Source: Laetmonice hystrix (lineage: Eukaryota). From it: a stretch of DNA of 64,000 bases. This document shows, piece by piece, positions 1 to 13,600 of the stretch; within the stretch, counting starts at the first letter, position 1; each line of letters opens with the position of its first letter. A program made the translations under genes and the position numbers. The notes beneath the pieces are model-generated. The model was not told the origin of the DNA, searched no databases, and saw only the letters and a list, made by a program, of their open reading frames with translations. The DNA lies in the NCBI GenBank assembly GCA_965235115.1, contig OZ249436.1:42534001-42598000 (forward strand), in the 5' to 3' direction.

Positions 1-1937
1 GTACAAATATGTGATGTGATAGAAGTCCTACTATGGAAAGCCAAAGAAGTACAAAAAGCAAAGCTCTCAGTAAAATAATGACGGTATGCTAGCATAAAGT
101 GAAAAACTTACCAAATATCTATGGCACCACCACCGGCGTTGGACTAGCAGGTGTGACCTATCATTTATGTCCCCCTTCATGACTGCCGCGACAAGGCGTA
201 CAATTGGTGCCATGCATACATGGCTATGTAAGGGGATGAAATAACCAAACAGGAGATTTCAGCCAAGATGTGTGAATAAACCGTTAATATTGTTAATTAA
301 GACCTACTTTCATCGATATTCCGTCTCAGTATGTTATATATACCTGTCGATTTCCATCATGAAGATCAATATAATGGCAATTATTTTACATATTTTTTCA
401 CATCCGTAAACACGTATGAAGGGAACCTTAGATCCTAATTTTCTCATGGTTATTCCCCCTTTTTTTGTATTAAATTATATTTTCATGGCTTCCTAGTTGT
501 ATCGCATGCACTATAATCCCAAACGCTTTGTATATTGAAATTGATCAAGCACCCTCCCCTCCCCATTAACCTTGACTTCAACGAGCGAGGCTTTAGTAAC
601 CGTTGATTCCTGGAGACTTTCTTAAGTGCATTGGTGTCTCTTCACAAAGTCTGATTAATTGGTCCTCAAACCGCGTTGCTCTGCTCAGCTTCACCTCTTC
701 TGCACTTTCCCCAGTTTGACGCTCTCTGGTGCGCTCTGCCGATATGTCGGCACCCAGAATCTGAGCTGTTGGTATTCTTAACGACAGAGGCACCAGGAAA
801 GGGTGTGCCTGGCAGACAAACAGCTCGACTACTTGTGGAATTACTTCCGATTCAATTTGTCTCCTCATCAGTCCTTCTCACACCTACCCGCAGTAGACAC
901 GGCGACCAGCTGCACCAGCAGCCTCCGTTTATATGAGCACACCGGCTTACATTGAAGTTCACCCGGCCGCCATCGCCCGTGTTCCACAGGATGGCGGTCT
1001 GCACTGGCAGCCGGGAGGAAATGGACAAGACATTTGTTATTGCGGCTGTGGTAGACGTCACAATGTTTTGACAAGACGTCTTTCTCAAAGACGGATCATG
1101 GAGATGATGCGTATCGCGCATGCTCGGTAAAGGGCCTTCAAGGGTCTGTAGGTATCCCCTGTCGCGATTAATTTGGATCCAGGGATTCATGTTCTTATTG
1201 TGCCAAATACGCACATAGGAAAAGAAAACGGCGATTTTTATTATTATTTGAGGATTGCCAACCTTAACCTTCTGGATATATGTTTCCCTCCTCCAACTTT
1301 CAATCTGTATTAAAATGGCATCACTATATAACACAGGCGCAGCCACCACAAAGACGGATTGCCTGCCCCTGCACCCTGTTACCTCACCATGCACTGTTTT
1401 TCCGCCTTTTTTAAAATGAAATAATGGAAACTGTTTAATCCGGCCACACAGTCCATATCCTGCAAATTTCAGGAGCTTTTACAAATTTTCGCGTACCATT
1501 TCACTTACAAGTTACAGCGAGTTTTAAAAGCAGACAAAACTCCACGGGTGGGATTCCCTCCAATGGCTTCAGTTGATGGATGAGAGCCGGAAATGACCGG
1601 CTCTGAACCCTTTTAATCACATATCTGTTTACATTGTCCCCATTCCTCTCCAGGAAACTCCAGCGTTCCAAACCAACCATTCACGGTCGCTAGGACAACA
1701 TTCATATAGGTTCTTTAGTCGTGAAACAGTCCCACTGGACTCAGCGATCCAACTATTACAAGAAATGTGTTACAACTTTCATGTTATGCTTGACATTTCA
1801 CACAAAAAATGTGTGCATCGGTTTCTTATGGGGTAATCTATCAGCCAGACTTACTATCCGTTTCGGTTTAAATGGGTTTCTTTTGTTTTGGCTTCTTCTT
1901 AAAAGGTGAAAAGTGAGAAGTCCAGGGGCGTGTTATC

Positions 1938-2367
1938 ATCGGTCTTGACTGAAATTAGGGGGAGGCAAAGTGGAAGAGTGAGAACTTATGATCGGTCTTG
2001 ACTGAAATTAGGGGGAGGCAAAGTGGAAGATTGAGAACTTATGATCGGTCTTGACTGAAATTAGGGGGAGGCAAAGTGGAAGAGTGAAGAACTTATGATC
2101 GGTCTTGACTGAAATTAGGGGGAAGCAACGTGGAAGAGTGATGAACTTATGATCGGTCTTGACTGAAATTAGGGGGAAGCAAAGTGGAAGAGTGAGAACT
2201 TATGATCGGTCTTGACTGAAATTAGGGGGAAGCAAAGTGGAAGAGTGAAGAACTTATGATCGGTCTTGACTGAAATTAGGGGGAAGCAAAGTGGAAGAGT
2301 GAGAACTTATGATCGGTCTTACATGACTGAAATTAAGGAGGGAGGCAAAGTGAAGCAGTGACGAACT
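1938..2367. repeat. Minisatellite, ~8 copies of a 53-54 bp unit
   Basis: Unit ATCGGTCTTGACTGAAATTAGGGGGA(G/A)GCAAAGTGGAAGAGTGA(A)GAACTTATG starts at 1938, 1991, 2044, 2098, 2152, 2205, 2259 and 2312 (last copy degenerate). Head-to-tail with no unique spacers. Confidence 0.97.
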
Positions 2368-3667
2368 GAGGCATAGACATGACTCCCGCATACCTTATTT
2401 TCTAACGGTGTTATTTTTCTATATTTCTAAGGAGAGGTATACCTCCTCTTCCGTTTTTGTTCTTCTCTCTTTCCGTCTCCAAGGAGATGGGCAGGACGCA
2501 CGCTGCCTATAGGACCACTATACATACAGAGAATGGGTCCTATTCGAGGATGTCCACGGGGGGCTGTTCCTATTGACGTCCTCGGTTCACATTCACATCT
2601 CATCCATCACCAATGGGATAAATAACGTATGTGTGTGAATGTTGGCAGGAAGGTGGTTAGCAGAAGGTGACGGCTGCAGTTTGTAAATCTCCAAGTCACA
2701 AATATAAGTAAAACCAACCACAGCTGGCCGTCAAGGATTCTTTTGATTCGCACAAATATTGGTTATTATCTGGATGCAACTGGATCTGTCAAATACGTGT
2801 ATATAATGGCAATATGCTTATCTGAACCGCATGGCCGGTCTGAAATGGCAGTGAAACGCCTCTCGTGTTTGTAATTCCCAAAGTAGTCTGACTTATGATT
2901 GAAATTCGCTAAGATTGCTGCGATGTTTCCTGTCTGTGCCTGATGAAGACAAGAGAACCGTTTTAAAGCAGTGGGGATGGGACCAAAGTCAATCAGTAAA
3001 AATAAGTCGGTCTAATTAATATTTATGCTGCCTGGTGTGGGCCACGGCGCATTCGTCAGGGGTTCAGTTACATATTGAAGGGGTCGTCGCGGGTATATTA
3101 TCAGGACATATTCCTGTTTCATATTCGGCAAGTCATGCCATATCTATACTAAAAACCCTTTCATTTTAACGTAACACCAGAGTGTAAACGTTAACTTTAA
3201 CCCCATGTGGGATTAAACTGAAAAATTGGTAATATTTTCCCTTTTTCTTTTGAGGGTTGGGGGCGGATGGCGTCCTTTAATAACACATAGTGAGGTCCAA
3301 TTTACCCAGAAACAATTTTCCAAATGCCCAGATAGTGGATGATATAAACCAATGTTAAGACCATCATTATCTTTTTGAACCACACGAGCTCGTGCATATT
3401 TGATGATTATTGCCTTTCCGAATACCTAAAATATTCAAAGGCACGATTGGACCGATGCTAATAATCATGTGCAATGGGACAATAACGCTGCCTACTTTGA
3501 GTCGGCAGTGTCACCTTGCTGACCATAAATGCTCCTAGACAAGGTTTGATCATGGCTTCCTAATGGAGCTGTATGTCCCATGCCTGCTTGCTCGCTGTAA
3601 CATGTCGTCTGACGTCAATATTAATGTTTCAGAAGTACGTCTCAGCTGTACTTTCTGTCTCTTGCAG

Positions 3668-3823
3668 CGGTAGCCCAGGCGATAATGTGCGTGCGCTGTG
3701 ATTCGCGCTTTGAGAAGACCAAGTCGGAATGTCAGAACAACCCGCCCTCGCCGACGAGGTGTTCGACGGGATCGGATGTCATCAATCGCTTCTGTATGAC
3801 GGCCAGAGAGCTGAGCAAAAACG
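3668..3823 (+). CDS. Ly6/uPAR (three-finger, quiver/sleepless-like) protein, internal coding exon
   Basis: Acceptor ctttctgtctcttgcAG|CG and donor G|GTACGT, phase 1 at both ends. Encodes VAQAIMCVRCDSRFEKTKSECQNNPPSPTRCSTGSDVINRFCMTARELSKNG: a CxxC start right after a plausible signal cleavage site, with 5 Cys. Confidence 0.85.
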
Positions 3824-5372
3824 GTACGTTTGGCGGGATTGGACTTCCACGGGAAAAACAACCATTTCGGAATGTGCACGCAATAAGCCTTTTAGGAAAA
3901 ATATATTTCTAATTATTAATTCACAGTGTTATAATTATATGGGCGTGTCATGTATTACATCATATCCGTAAGGACGGGCAGGACATCTGTCTCATCATAG
4001 TTTAACCAATACTTGTACAAGGGCCGACGTGACACTGCCGCACGTCCTGACTTGGAGAGGTTGAAGTATTTATCTGTAGAGACTCGAGTATTGCCTACAT
4101 AGGACAGGAGTATAGTTAATGAGCATCTGTGCTGGTATAACTAGGGGTAACTTCCGTCGTCGGGTGCCTTAATTAACGGATTCACACAGAAACACGACAT
4201 TATCAACGTTCTGCTGGGAACCAGCGAACTCACATTTTGGAGGGAGAGGTTCAACAGAGATCAAGTTTGAAAAAAATTAAAATAATCTGGCATGGCAACG
4301 AGGGGATCCCCGGCCCCCGGCGGCTGAAACATCATCCCAGCTCCTTCATACCCTGATGTACTCCTCTTGCTTTGCTCCTATAATACTCAAGTGTTAAATA
4401 GAGAGTCGTTAGGGACATCACTGTGGGTAACAGAGGTGAAACCAAGTGGAATCACAAAGAATATTTATCTGAAATATTCCCGCTGGGACTAACTAAGTAC
4501 AAAATTAAGGAGGAAAAGGCGCTGTACGAAAAAAAGGAAGCTGTGGGTTCTGATGAAAAACAAGTGACATTCGATGAACGGAGTATACATCCATTAGGCC
4601 ATCCATGTGAAATTTCAGTCCTTCAAAGTAGAAAATTAAAGTTAATATAATCCTACGTTCAGATGAATGAGTCTTAGGGGTGCATCAGCTTTCTGAGTCC
4701 TTTTTGTCGATGTATAGGTCATGTAACAAATACATGTAGCACAGACTTGCGGAAATAACGCTATAATTTAATTTGCTGTGATATTTCCCACAGAAGACTA
4801 GAATCCATAAATTCAAGAAAAACGGCAATAATTACCAAGTTATAATCTGAGAACCATGTCGATAATAAGAGCGCCCAACGAGCAGTCATATGATACCATA
4901 ACTGCAACATGTAGGGGACGTGCCTCATTTGGAACTTTAAAGACATGTATGAGAAATTGTCAATGATAGTTGATGTCAAACGGGCTGTAGAAATTTTCTC
5001 TTTGGAAGCCTAGCGTGACATGGACGACCAACTATTGAAAGGAGTACGTGTTGTACTTGAGGGATCAAAGATAGACAAAATCATAACATTCGCCTTTCGT
5101 AATTAAACCGACTTTTTCTAAAAAAGACCCCCTTCGACATCTGAAGACATTCGACCAAGTCATCTCTGGACATTTTGTTCTGGATCAACGCCGTACACAG
5201 CTATACAAAAACAGCTAGCAGGGGCAGGTCGACATCCGGAGGGGCACTTGAATTGAAAGGGCGCCTGCTTGTCGAAAAGATCACTTTTCCAGAATATTGG
5301 GGCAGCTGCCGTAGCCGTAGTGTAATTTTAACCATCTACAGATATTGCAGCTATACGCATTCCTCTTTCCAG

Positions 5373-5611
5373 GCACTCTCCTGCGGTTCATCCGGGACTG
5401 CAGCACGTCAAAGATGGGCAACGAATGCAAGGAGATAGGCTCGACCAATCCCAACAGTCCACACGTCATCTGTTACAGGACGTGCAATTACGATGGCTGC
5501 AACCGCAGCAGTCTGATGGCGTCGTCATCGTCTTGGGGGGTCGTCGCTGGCCTGGCTCTCTGGCAGTCGGTCCTTCTGGTTAGGAACAACATTTGGCTGC
5601 TACCGAGCTAG
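5373..5611 (+). CDS. Ly6/uPAR (quiver/sleepless-like) protein, last coding exon with GPI-signal-like tail
   Basis: Acceptor tcctctttccAG|GC joins the previous exon in frame (G+GC = Gly). Encodes TLLRFIRDCSTSKMGNECKEIGSTNPNSPHVICYRTCNYDGCNRSS...WGVVAGLALWQSVLLV...*. Five more Cys (10 total), the terminal CxxDGCN motif, then small residues and a hydrophobic tail. Confidence 0.85.
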
Positions 5612-8099
5612 TCATCCCGCTCTTCAACAGTGCCTTCTGTTTTAATTTCTTCGAAATCAGAGCAAAATCCGCCTAGAAAGAGGACATACTCTAGTGTCAT
5701 ATAATTGAAGTTTAAGTGGTTTCTGTTTTGACTAAGACACCACTGTAAATGTTTCAGACATCATGACTCTTATAGTGTATACTAACAATGATGGTCTCAC
5801 ATACACGGCGCCAAGAGTCCTCCCACTGTGGTGACTGAACAGCAAGGGGCCTATTTCTTTTCCTGGCTATGACAGACCAATATTGGGCCCATGGTGCGAA
5901 TAAATTCATTTCTTTCTTAATGCTTATATCTATAGCTGTCTACTATGAACTGATTCACGAGTGGGTTGTATTCATATTGTATTACTATCGTGATGTGAGA
6001 TGACAAGAAGAACAGCTGAGACTGGGGAGATTTAAGATATCTTTTCAGCAAAGTGTTCAACACCATGAAATTCGGCGACTGGGGACTCGTGAGTGGAAAC
6101 GCGGTGAACGACGTCCTTCGCCAGAATAATAACACAAATATCACATCAATCCTATAATTAAATATCAAATGTCAACTTTACAGTAATTTTTGTATACCCC
6201 CTCCGCTACGAGTTTGTATGGATGTCAGTGTTTGCGTGTGCATGACGAGGACGGTACGCACAGTGTTTGGTGGGTGGTGTATCTCAGGTGAATGCACAAA
6301 TTGCTCCGAGCCTGAGTGAGGATATATCTGTCTGGAGGTATCAACCACTACCATCAACCGCTACCGTATATACAGGTCAGTTCTTCTTAGTAACAAACGT
6401 ACTTGATATATGATACTCAAGACATTGTTGTATACCACCAATATGGTTTGTATATAGTATGATCTGTGAGCTGAGGTTATACGTTATTCTTTACGAATAT
6501 AATACGAAATAGCCTTGGGAAGTGAAAGTATAGGTCCACATTGCTGTCTTACTAACGCAATCGTTCATGGTTTGCCAGGGTCCATAACTAAGACGACTTG
6601 GAGGGTTTGGCAAGAATTTTTAACCTGAAAGACGAAAAAAGGTTCTAATCTATTATGTTTAGCTAGTCATTTAAGTGTTTATTTTTAGCGATAGTTTATC
6701 ATAATTAGACATTATCACGGAATGGTTAACTAGGATTAATGCGAAAATAACCGTTGAATGGGTAGCGAAGTATGTACTTAACTATAAACCTTGTGGTGTG
6801 AATGGTTCATTGTTGTGCGCAGAGGTAATATAAGTATAAAATATAATTACCGGGATATAATATTATGTATAAATTATATAAAATGTGGCACGTGCTTTAT
6901 TATGGGACCAGGGACATGTTTCGACGTAGGCCTATTGAATTGTCTCTTAAAAAAAAATCCTACTAAAAACATTTTTAGAGGTATAGTGCCTATGGGTCGA
7001 CATATCCTTTTGAAGGGAATGTCTTGAAGTTCATAATACTGATATAGGTCACTGTTTGGCAAAAAAAAGCTAATTTCTAGGATGGAGTTCTTTCTACTAA
7101 TGAAAACCGTGTAGGCCCTAAGTATATAGTGAATGTTGGGTCTCGCCCCATTAGAGGAAGACACAAGGCAGCGGACACTCATAAAGATTAAAGAATGTGC
7201 ACATAGTTACCACGAATTAACATTAATTGTAAGACAAATTGATTCCTGCCTTTGCTATGAGATTTAGGCCTCTTTAGATGAATGTAATGGTGCGTTCCGG
7301 TAAACGACCCCAGGCTCTCAGAGCTAGGAGGCGGTACGCCGTGACGGTGAGACTCCCTTGAAGAATTTTAGATGCGAGATATTTAGTAGTTAGTAGGCTC
7401 CCTACCCCGCTTTGTGACGTCACGCCATTTACCACGGCTGGTCGAGATTTGAGTGTAACATATTTAGTAGTTAGTACCCTGCTACTTTACGTCACAGAGC
7501 TCGGTCACAATGTTCGAAGTCTCTGGTCATGCACTTGGTGCAGATGGCTGGGAAGAGTCGCTTGGTAACATAATTATGTAGAATCTAACAGTTGCATATT
7601 ACCTACGCTAGGCCCCTATTAATACAGATACATGTGGAACTATATTATGCCCTGGGATCACATAAGCTTCATTCTGCGAATAAGAGGTACATGTAGGCAA
7701 CCCAGAGCTACATTTATGTGTACGGTGTCTGCACTTAATGAAACACGTGAATGTAAACTACACTGAGCTCACGAAACCCTTTCACGTCCTCGATAAGAAG
7801 CATTGAGAAATAACTACGTGTTTGGTCGAATCTTTACGTAATGTTTTATATTGTACAATTTATCATATGAGATTGTTATGTTTAGCATAGGATGACCGTA
7901 GTCGGTATGAGACCTGTTAGAACGACATGGTTTCATTTCAAGCTATTGGACGATAGGGTCACCAGGTGACCTAACGACCACCGCACCAATCGACGCTCAT
8001 GTTACAATCCAATACATTGTAGATGCATTAGTTTACCACACCAACCATATCCTAATAAAAGTATGATGTTAAAAGTGGAAATCATCCCCTTCCTCTCTT

Positions 8100-9250
8100 A
8101 TATTTCCCTTACTTTTCACCATACATATCGCTCCTTGAAAATAACCAAATTATATCTCATGGTAAAAAGGTGTGTGATGTATTTAATGATATCTCTGTTA
8201 ATATAGCATCGAACCGTAGTGAACCACCACATAATGAAGGACATTCCTATGGAACAGATGATAAATTTTTACAATGACCATTTGAGTATACATGTACAGT
8301 CGATCAAGCACCGCTGTTGTCTGCAATCAGTGTTAACTTTGCGAAAGTCAGCCCAGACCAGGTATTACTGAAACTCAAAGATCTGAAAACAAACAAAGCT
8401 TGCGGGTATGACCACATCCCGGCAAAGCTTCTAAAAATAGAAGCAAATGGGCTATGCACAAGCCTGTCGCCGATCATAAACCAATGCATATTATGTCGGT
8501 TTATCCGGATCAGCTAAAGCAGGCTGAAATCTCTCCAGTGCACAAGAAAAATGACACGTTTGACAAAGAAAACTACAGGCCAGTGAGCATTCTAAAATCT
8601 TTGAAGGTACATTATGTGATCAGCTTATGAGTCGCTTCAATAACGTTTCATTCTCCTCGCTTTCAGCATACAGGAAGAAGTACCTAAAGCTGTAGCAATG
8701 TTCTTTTAAAATGTGTTGATGAGTGGAAACATGCTCTTGACAATAATGAAACAGTTGGATGTATTTGGATGAATTTAAATGGACTTAACAAAGGCTTCCG
8801 ATTTAATCCCCCATGGCCTACTCATTGCGAAGCTATCTGCATATCAAACATCCAAAGATGCATGTGAACTGCTGAGGAGCTACCTGGAATGTAGAAAACA
8901 AAGGGTTAAATTAGGCCAAGATCGAAGTTCGTGGACAGAAATGGAACGAGGGGTACCACATGGATCGCTAACAGGGCCGGTGTTCTTCAATATCTTTATA
9001 AACGATTTCCTTCTCATGCTTGAAAACATAATTATGTGACGTTAATAACTAAAGGAATGATAACACCTTATCTCATCACCATCAGGATCCTCTGGCCGTA
9101 GAAGAAACTCTTAAAAGTGCTTCTGAAGTAGCAAATAACTGGTTCAGACAGCATAGAAATGTACAAAACAATTTAACGCAATTGCCATACTATCTAGGAC
9201 ACTGAGCACAGACAGTAAAATGAAGCTTTTAGACATATTTTTATTGTGAA
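8100..9250 (+). mobile_element. Degraded non-LTR retrotransposon (CR1/L2-group LINE), reverse transcriptase fragment
   Basis: RT motifs across frameshifts and stops: KACGYDHIPAKLLK, ISPVHKKNDTFDKENYRPVSIL, SAYRKKY, MDLTKASDLIPHGLLIAKL, SYLECRKQRV, GVPHGSLTGPVFFNIFIND, and a degenerate (YAD)DNTL. Boundaries approximate. Confidence 0.9.
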
Positions 9251-10684
9251 ATTTTAACTTCTGCTCTGTTGTATATCATCAATGCAACACAAGCACCCCG
9301 TGTAGTCAATCTTGCGTCTCGTTGCGGAGACCGTTAAATCGTGCGTTTTGATGCGGAGTTCGTGCATCTTAATGCGGCATACAGTCGGCCCTGTCACGTC
9401 AGCACGCCTTCCTAAAATGTCTTCTCGTGAGTTACTCAGAATGTTTTTCATCAACTTCCAAGCTCACGGAACATGTAGACCTACGATACTGCTGGTTTGA
9501 TGTGCAGTGGTATCATCTATGATGGGAAAAACACGTCGGGGTTTGCTTGCACTGTGTGCATTCGTGTGGCCTAAGCAGAGAAAAACATACCGGAAAGTTG
9601 ATGTCTACACATCCCAAACATGTTTAGGCATTCCGTGGTGTAGTTAAAGAGACGTAATCATTAATACTTTAACTTTACGATGTGGTTTTCTGAACCCCAC
9701 CGACTCCTGGGTAGTCATAGTACTCCACGACATGCCTGAATTCCGCATGTACCAACTGTACCACCGACGTTAAAGGAGAAGTCCAGTCAAAAATCACATT
9801 GGGACAGCTGCAAGGCCTCTATATACACTCACCTTTCAGAGTAGTGGTTGGAAATAGATGTCCCCCTATTCCAAGAAGTCATGTTGAACATGACAACCGT
9901 GTCAAAATCACTGGCTTCAGCAGCGCAGCCATTTGTTGCTATTGGGCTGGCCGGAAGTGACGTTCCAGGGCTAATCTATTGCATGCAGGGGCTAGGCCAC
10001 TCGGAACGACCGACGCTGCTTCTGATTGGCTGTTTCTAGGTCATATCCGGGGCGAAGCAGGCCTCGGACAGTGAAAGTGTACGGATTTTACGTGGATTTA
10101 ACGGGAATCCACCGGATAGGCCATGTGCTCTCTGATTCGGCTGATTGAAAAAGTAGTGCAGTCGACAGACGTACTGTTTTAGGTGTTGAGTGCATTGTAA
10201 ACAAGATTTCACCGACGGTACGTGTTGATAATGAGCAAACAAGTGACATGTTCACATAATTTGATGTCACAATACGGTTTTTGTAGTCCGACTTTTACCA
10301 TAATGGCGGCGCCCACACTGGCCACAGCCACACCGTGGTACACGACGAACGATGCACACGACGATGACAACATTGTCATAGCCATAGCCTCGGCATGGCA
10401 AAAAGAGCATAGCCTAATTTATGCTAAGTCTTTGACAGGGCGGGTGCATGGTGATGGCAGGTGAGGCACTGGGAACCCGGGCGGGGTGGCGTGGGTCGGA
10501 CGTTACACGGCCGGGCTGGCCCCATCCTGCCGGGGTGCTGCGTGGGCGCAGGCAGGGGGAGGGGGCGGTAGACAGTCCATAATATTTGCGGCTAAAACGG
10601 CCAATGTATCCAGGATAAACTAATCTTTCGGTAGGTATAGGCATATGTACCGTATTTTATAGTGAGGACTGAGGGTGAGACTTC

Positions 10685-13600
10685 TAGTGGGGTGCTAGAT
10701 GTCACGAAAATCAGTTCCGTGCGATTTTTGTGCTCATTTTGAGTTAGGGGTGGATTTTGTATCTTTAGGGGTGGTATGAACGGAAAATCATAGGGTTCAA
10801 TTTTTTTGACCCCTTTTAGCCTCTTTTTCGATCAATTCAAAATGGCTACCACCCCAAAATGGATTTGGGCATATCTCAACAACCCCTTGACCGATTTTTA
10901 CGATCTTGAACTCGATTCTAGGAGTTTCGAGTATGCCGAGTCCATTTCTGACATTTTCGAAATCCAAGATGGCCGCCAAATCCAAGATGGCCGCCATAAA
11001 ACCCGAAAATAGCTCTGTTCAGGGCACCAGAGTGCCAATTTTTATGTTTTTAGACTCGAATGTGGGGCTTGCAATGGTTCTGAATCGACTTAAGACATTT
11101 TCGAAAATCAAGATGGCCGCCAAATCCAAGATGGCCGCCAACGAAACCAGAAATAGGGGCTACAAATCAGCGTGTGCTCTCCAGCATTGAAACCAGACAC
11201 AATAGGCTTGGTGGGGGATGTAATAAAGTTTAGCCCATTTTTTTAACCATTGCCACAAGCGACGTATTCCCTGGAAATCACCGTAACTGGTCGTAACTAA
11301 TTGTTGATTGTGACGTCACTTTCACTTCCTATTGTTCTATTACCATTGCAACGATGACGTCATAATTATAGTCTGTTCACTCTAAGAAGAGCTCGACCTC
11401 GGCGACCTCTAGTTCTATTATCAATGCAAGAGGCAGAATCAACACTCGGGGATCTCCCACTCTCAACAAGCATGACGTCATGCCAACATGGACTGCCACA
11501 AGATCCCTACTCTTAGCTAATGAGACTCCTCCGGAGATGATGTCTGAGGTCATCGCCCCATTATTGAAAAAGCCACCAACTGATCCTGCCACGCTATATA
11601 CTGCTCTCAAACTGTCTCAAAATATCTCCGCAGTGGCCATCGGGCCGGCATGAAGAACTCTCATAACGCTTGATCTCGACTTGTATAATCGTGCGATCCA
11701 GTTACAAGAGTCAGTCCACAACACAAACTGGGTGTTAATGGCTGGTATGCTCCACATCAGCTTCGCAGCTCTACACGCCCTCTGAAAAACGGTGGAAGGA
11801 AGTGGGATGGACACTGTGGCGGTGGAGACAGGAGTCTACAGCTCTGCAGCTCTACGCGGCATCTATGCTGGCAAGGCCTACAAGCGTGGCATCGAGTACC
11901 ACATCATGATGGCTTCTGCTATAATGATGATGAAGTTTGAAGCAACACTAGGGGATTTTCCTCCCGGACCCGTCCGCATCCAGTGCCAGCAGCTGCGAGA
12001 GGCCCTTCATCAACGAAACCCTGACCTACACCACCTCTACGCTGACCTGGAAGGCTACTATGCCAGTCACCTGGAGAGTCAGCTGGGAGAGACCGGTGAG
12101 CTAGCTGCATTCTTCAACCTCTACCTCGAGCAGGTTGAAGCCCTCCTGCAGCTCATTGCAACCTCTCGCCAAGGAGATTGGCTTGGTTATCTAGCCAGTC
12201 TGGATAATCAGATTAAATACTACTTCTCCTCAACTATGCCGACCTCCTCAACTATGCTCGACTCATGCCCCTCCACCTCGCCCAGCTTAACAAGCTTGAA
12301 CTCCAAGACCCAGCAACGTAGAAGGCTCTACAGGCTGGAGCCTTCGTCGTGACAAAGTCGTCAATCCCCTTCACATCTCTGTTCACCAACCAAAACCTTG
12401 AGCAGAAGATCAAGGATCTGAAGGGTCAAGGTGGTTTGGTGGGACTCACACAAGACGAGGCTGCGTTGAACCGCCTTCTGACGACAGCTCCCCACCTCAC
12501 CAGGATGGTCCAACACTTCATTAGTAGCTTCCCATCATCCAAGGTTAGCATCAAGAACGAACACTACCAACTCACCGGGAATGTCGCCGTGCGCTCGAGC
12601 AAGAACACACTGAAACTGCGTGACGCCATGCTGTTACATTGTCTAGGCAACCCCTTTGTGACTACCGCTCCTCTAAAGATCATCATCGCCTCTACAATAA
12701 TCCCGGAAGCAGTCAAACCCGATATCCTGCACTACGCAGAGAAAGGTCAGGAAGCGTATAAGGCCTTCGTAACCAGTCGGCTCCTAACGTCATCTGAGCA
12801 ATCCATCTGGGACCCAATGAAGAAACTGAAACTGAAAAGCTTCTCCAACTGGACGAAGACAAAGGTGAAGGTTGGGGACAAGGTTGTTAAGCTCCGTGAA
12901 GATCTCCCGTAGAAGCTGCCGAGACCCCGGTTACCCAGACTCCGTCCCTACCTGCCTCTGCCCCCCTGCTGATAGCCGTGCCCCTCTGACGCTCATCATA
13001 GATGCGATGGCAGTGGTACAATCCATGAAAAAAACTCCAACCATGGTGACAATCCTCCACCTGTCGACAGCATTTGTAGCATGCGTGCAGCGGATGGCGA
13101 GAGGTTATTCTGAGGTCCGGGTCGTTTTCGACCACTACGCCAGTGGTGGTTTGAAAGCGCAGACAAGAAGGAAACGGGCGACATCGACTGCTGCTGCGGA
13201 AGCTGATGGGCATGAAATCCATGATCACATGGCATCGCTAAAAGAGCTACTGTCCTCTACAGCTACGAAGCGCAGGCTCAGCTGTCATCTCGCGAATGCT
13301 CTGCTGGAGTGTATAGATGGTGCAATACATCTTGTCGTGGTTTATGACACCATGTCTGTGACCAGACGTCTTGGACTACCTCCTGATCGCCAACCCCACA
13401 ACCATGAAGAAGCCGACACCCTCATACCCCTGCACGTGCTACTCAGCCTTAAGCAGTGCATGTTTCGGCTGGTGCACGTGTGGTCTCCTGACACAGACGT
13501 TCTGGTCATACTTATGGACCTTGTGTCGCGAGGACACTTAGGAACATGCACCAAGCTGCTGCTCATCACGGGCAAGGGGGGCAACCTGCGCAAGATTGAT

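Noticed and set aside
593..1394. Overlapping ORFs up to 180 aa in a GC-richer patch
   Set aside because: No recognisable domain or consistent splice structure in any frame. Possibly an old TE fragment but unsupported.
1938..2367. CRISPR-like regular repeats
   Set aside because: Units are contiguous and near-identical with no unique spacers. The context is eukaryotic and there are no cas genes.
2480..2630. Candidate signal-peptide exon for the Ly6 gene
   Set aside because: The ATG-initiated frames hit stops and none encodes a hydrophobic signal ending at a phase-1 donor.
10797..11190. ORFs such as MAAILDLAAILDF, repeated at 14956-15159
   Set aside because: Translations of the non-coding Academ TIR repeats.
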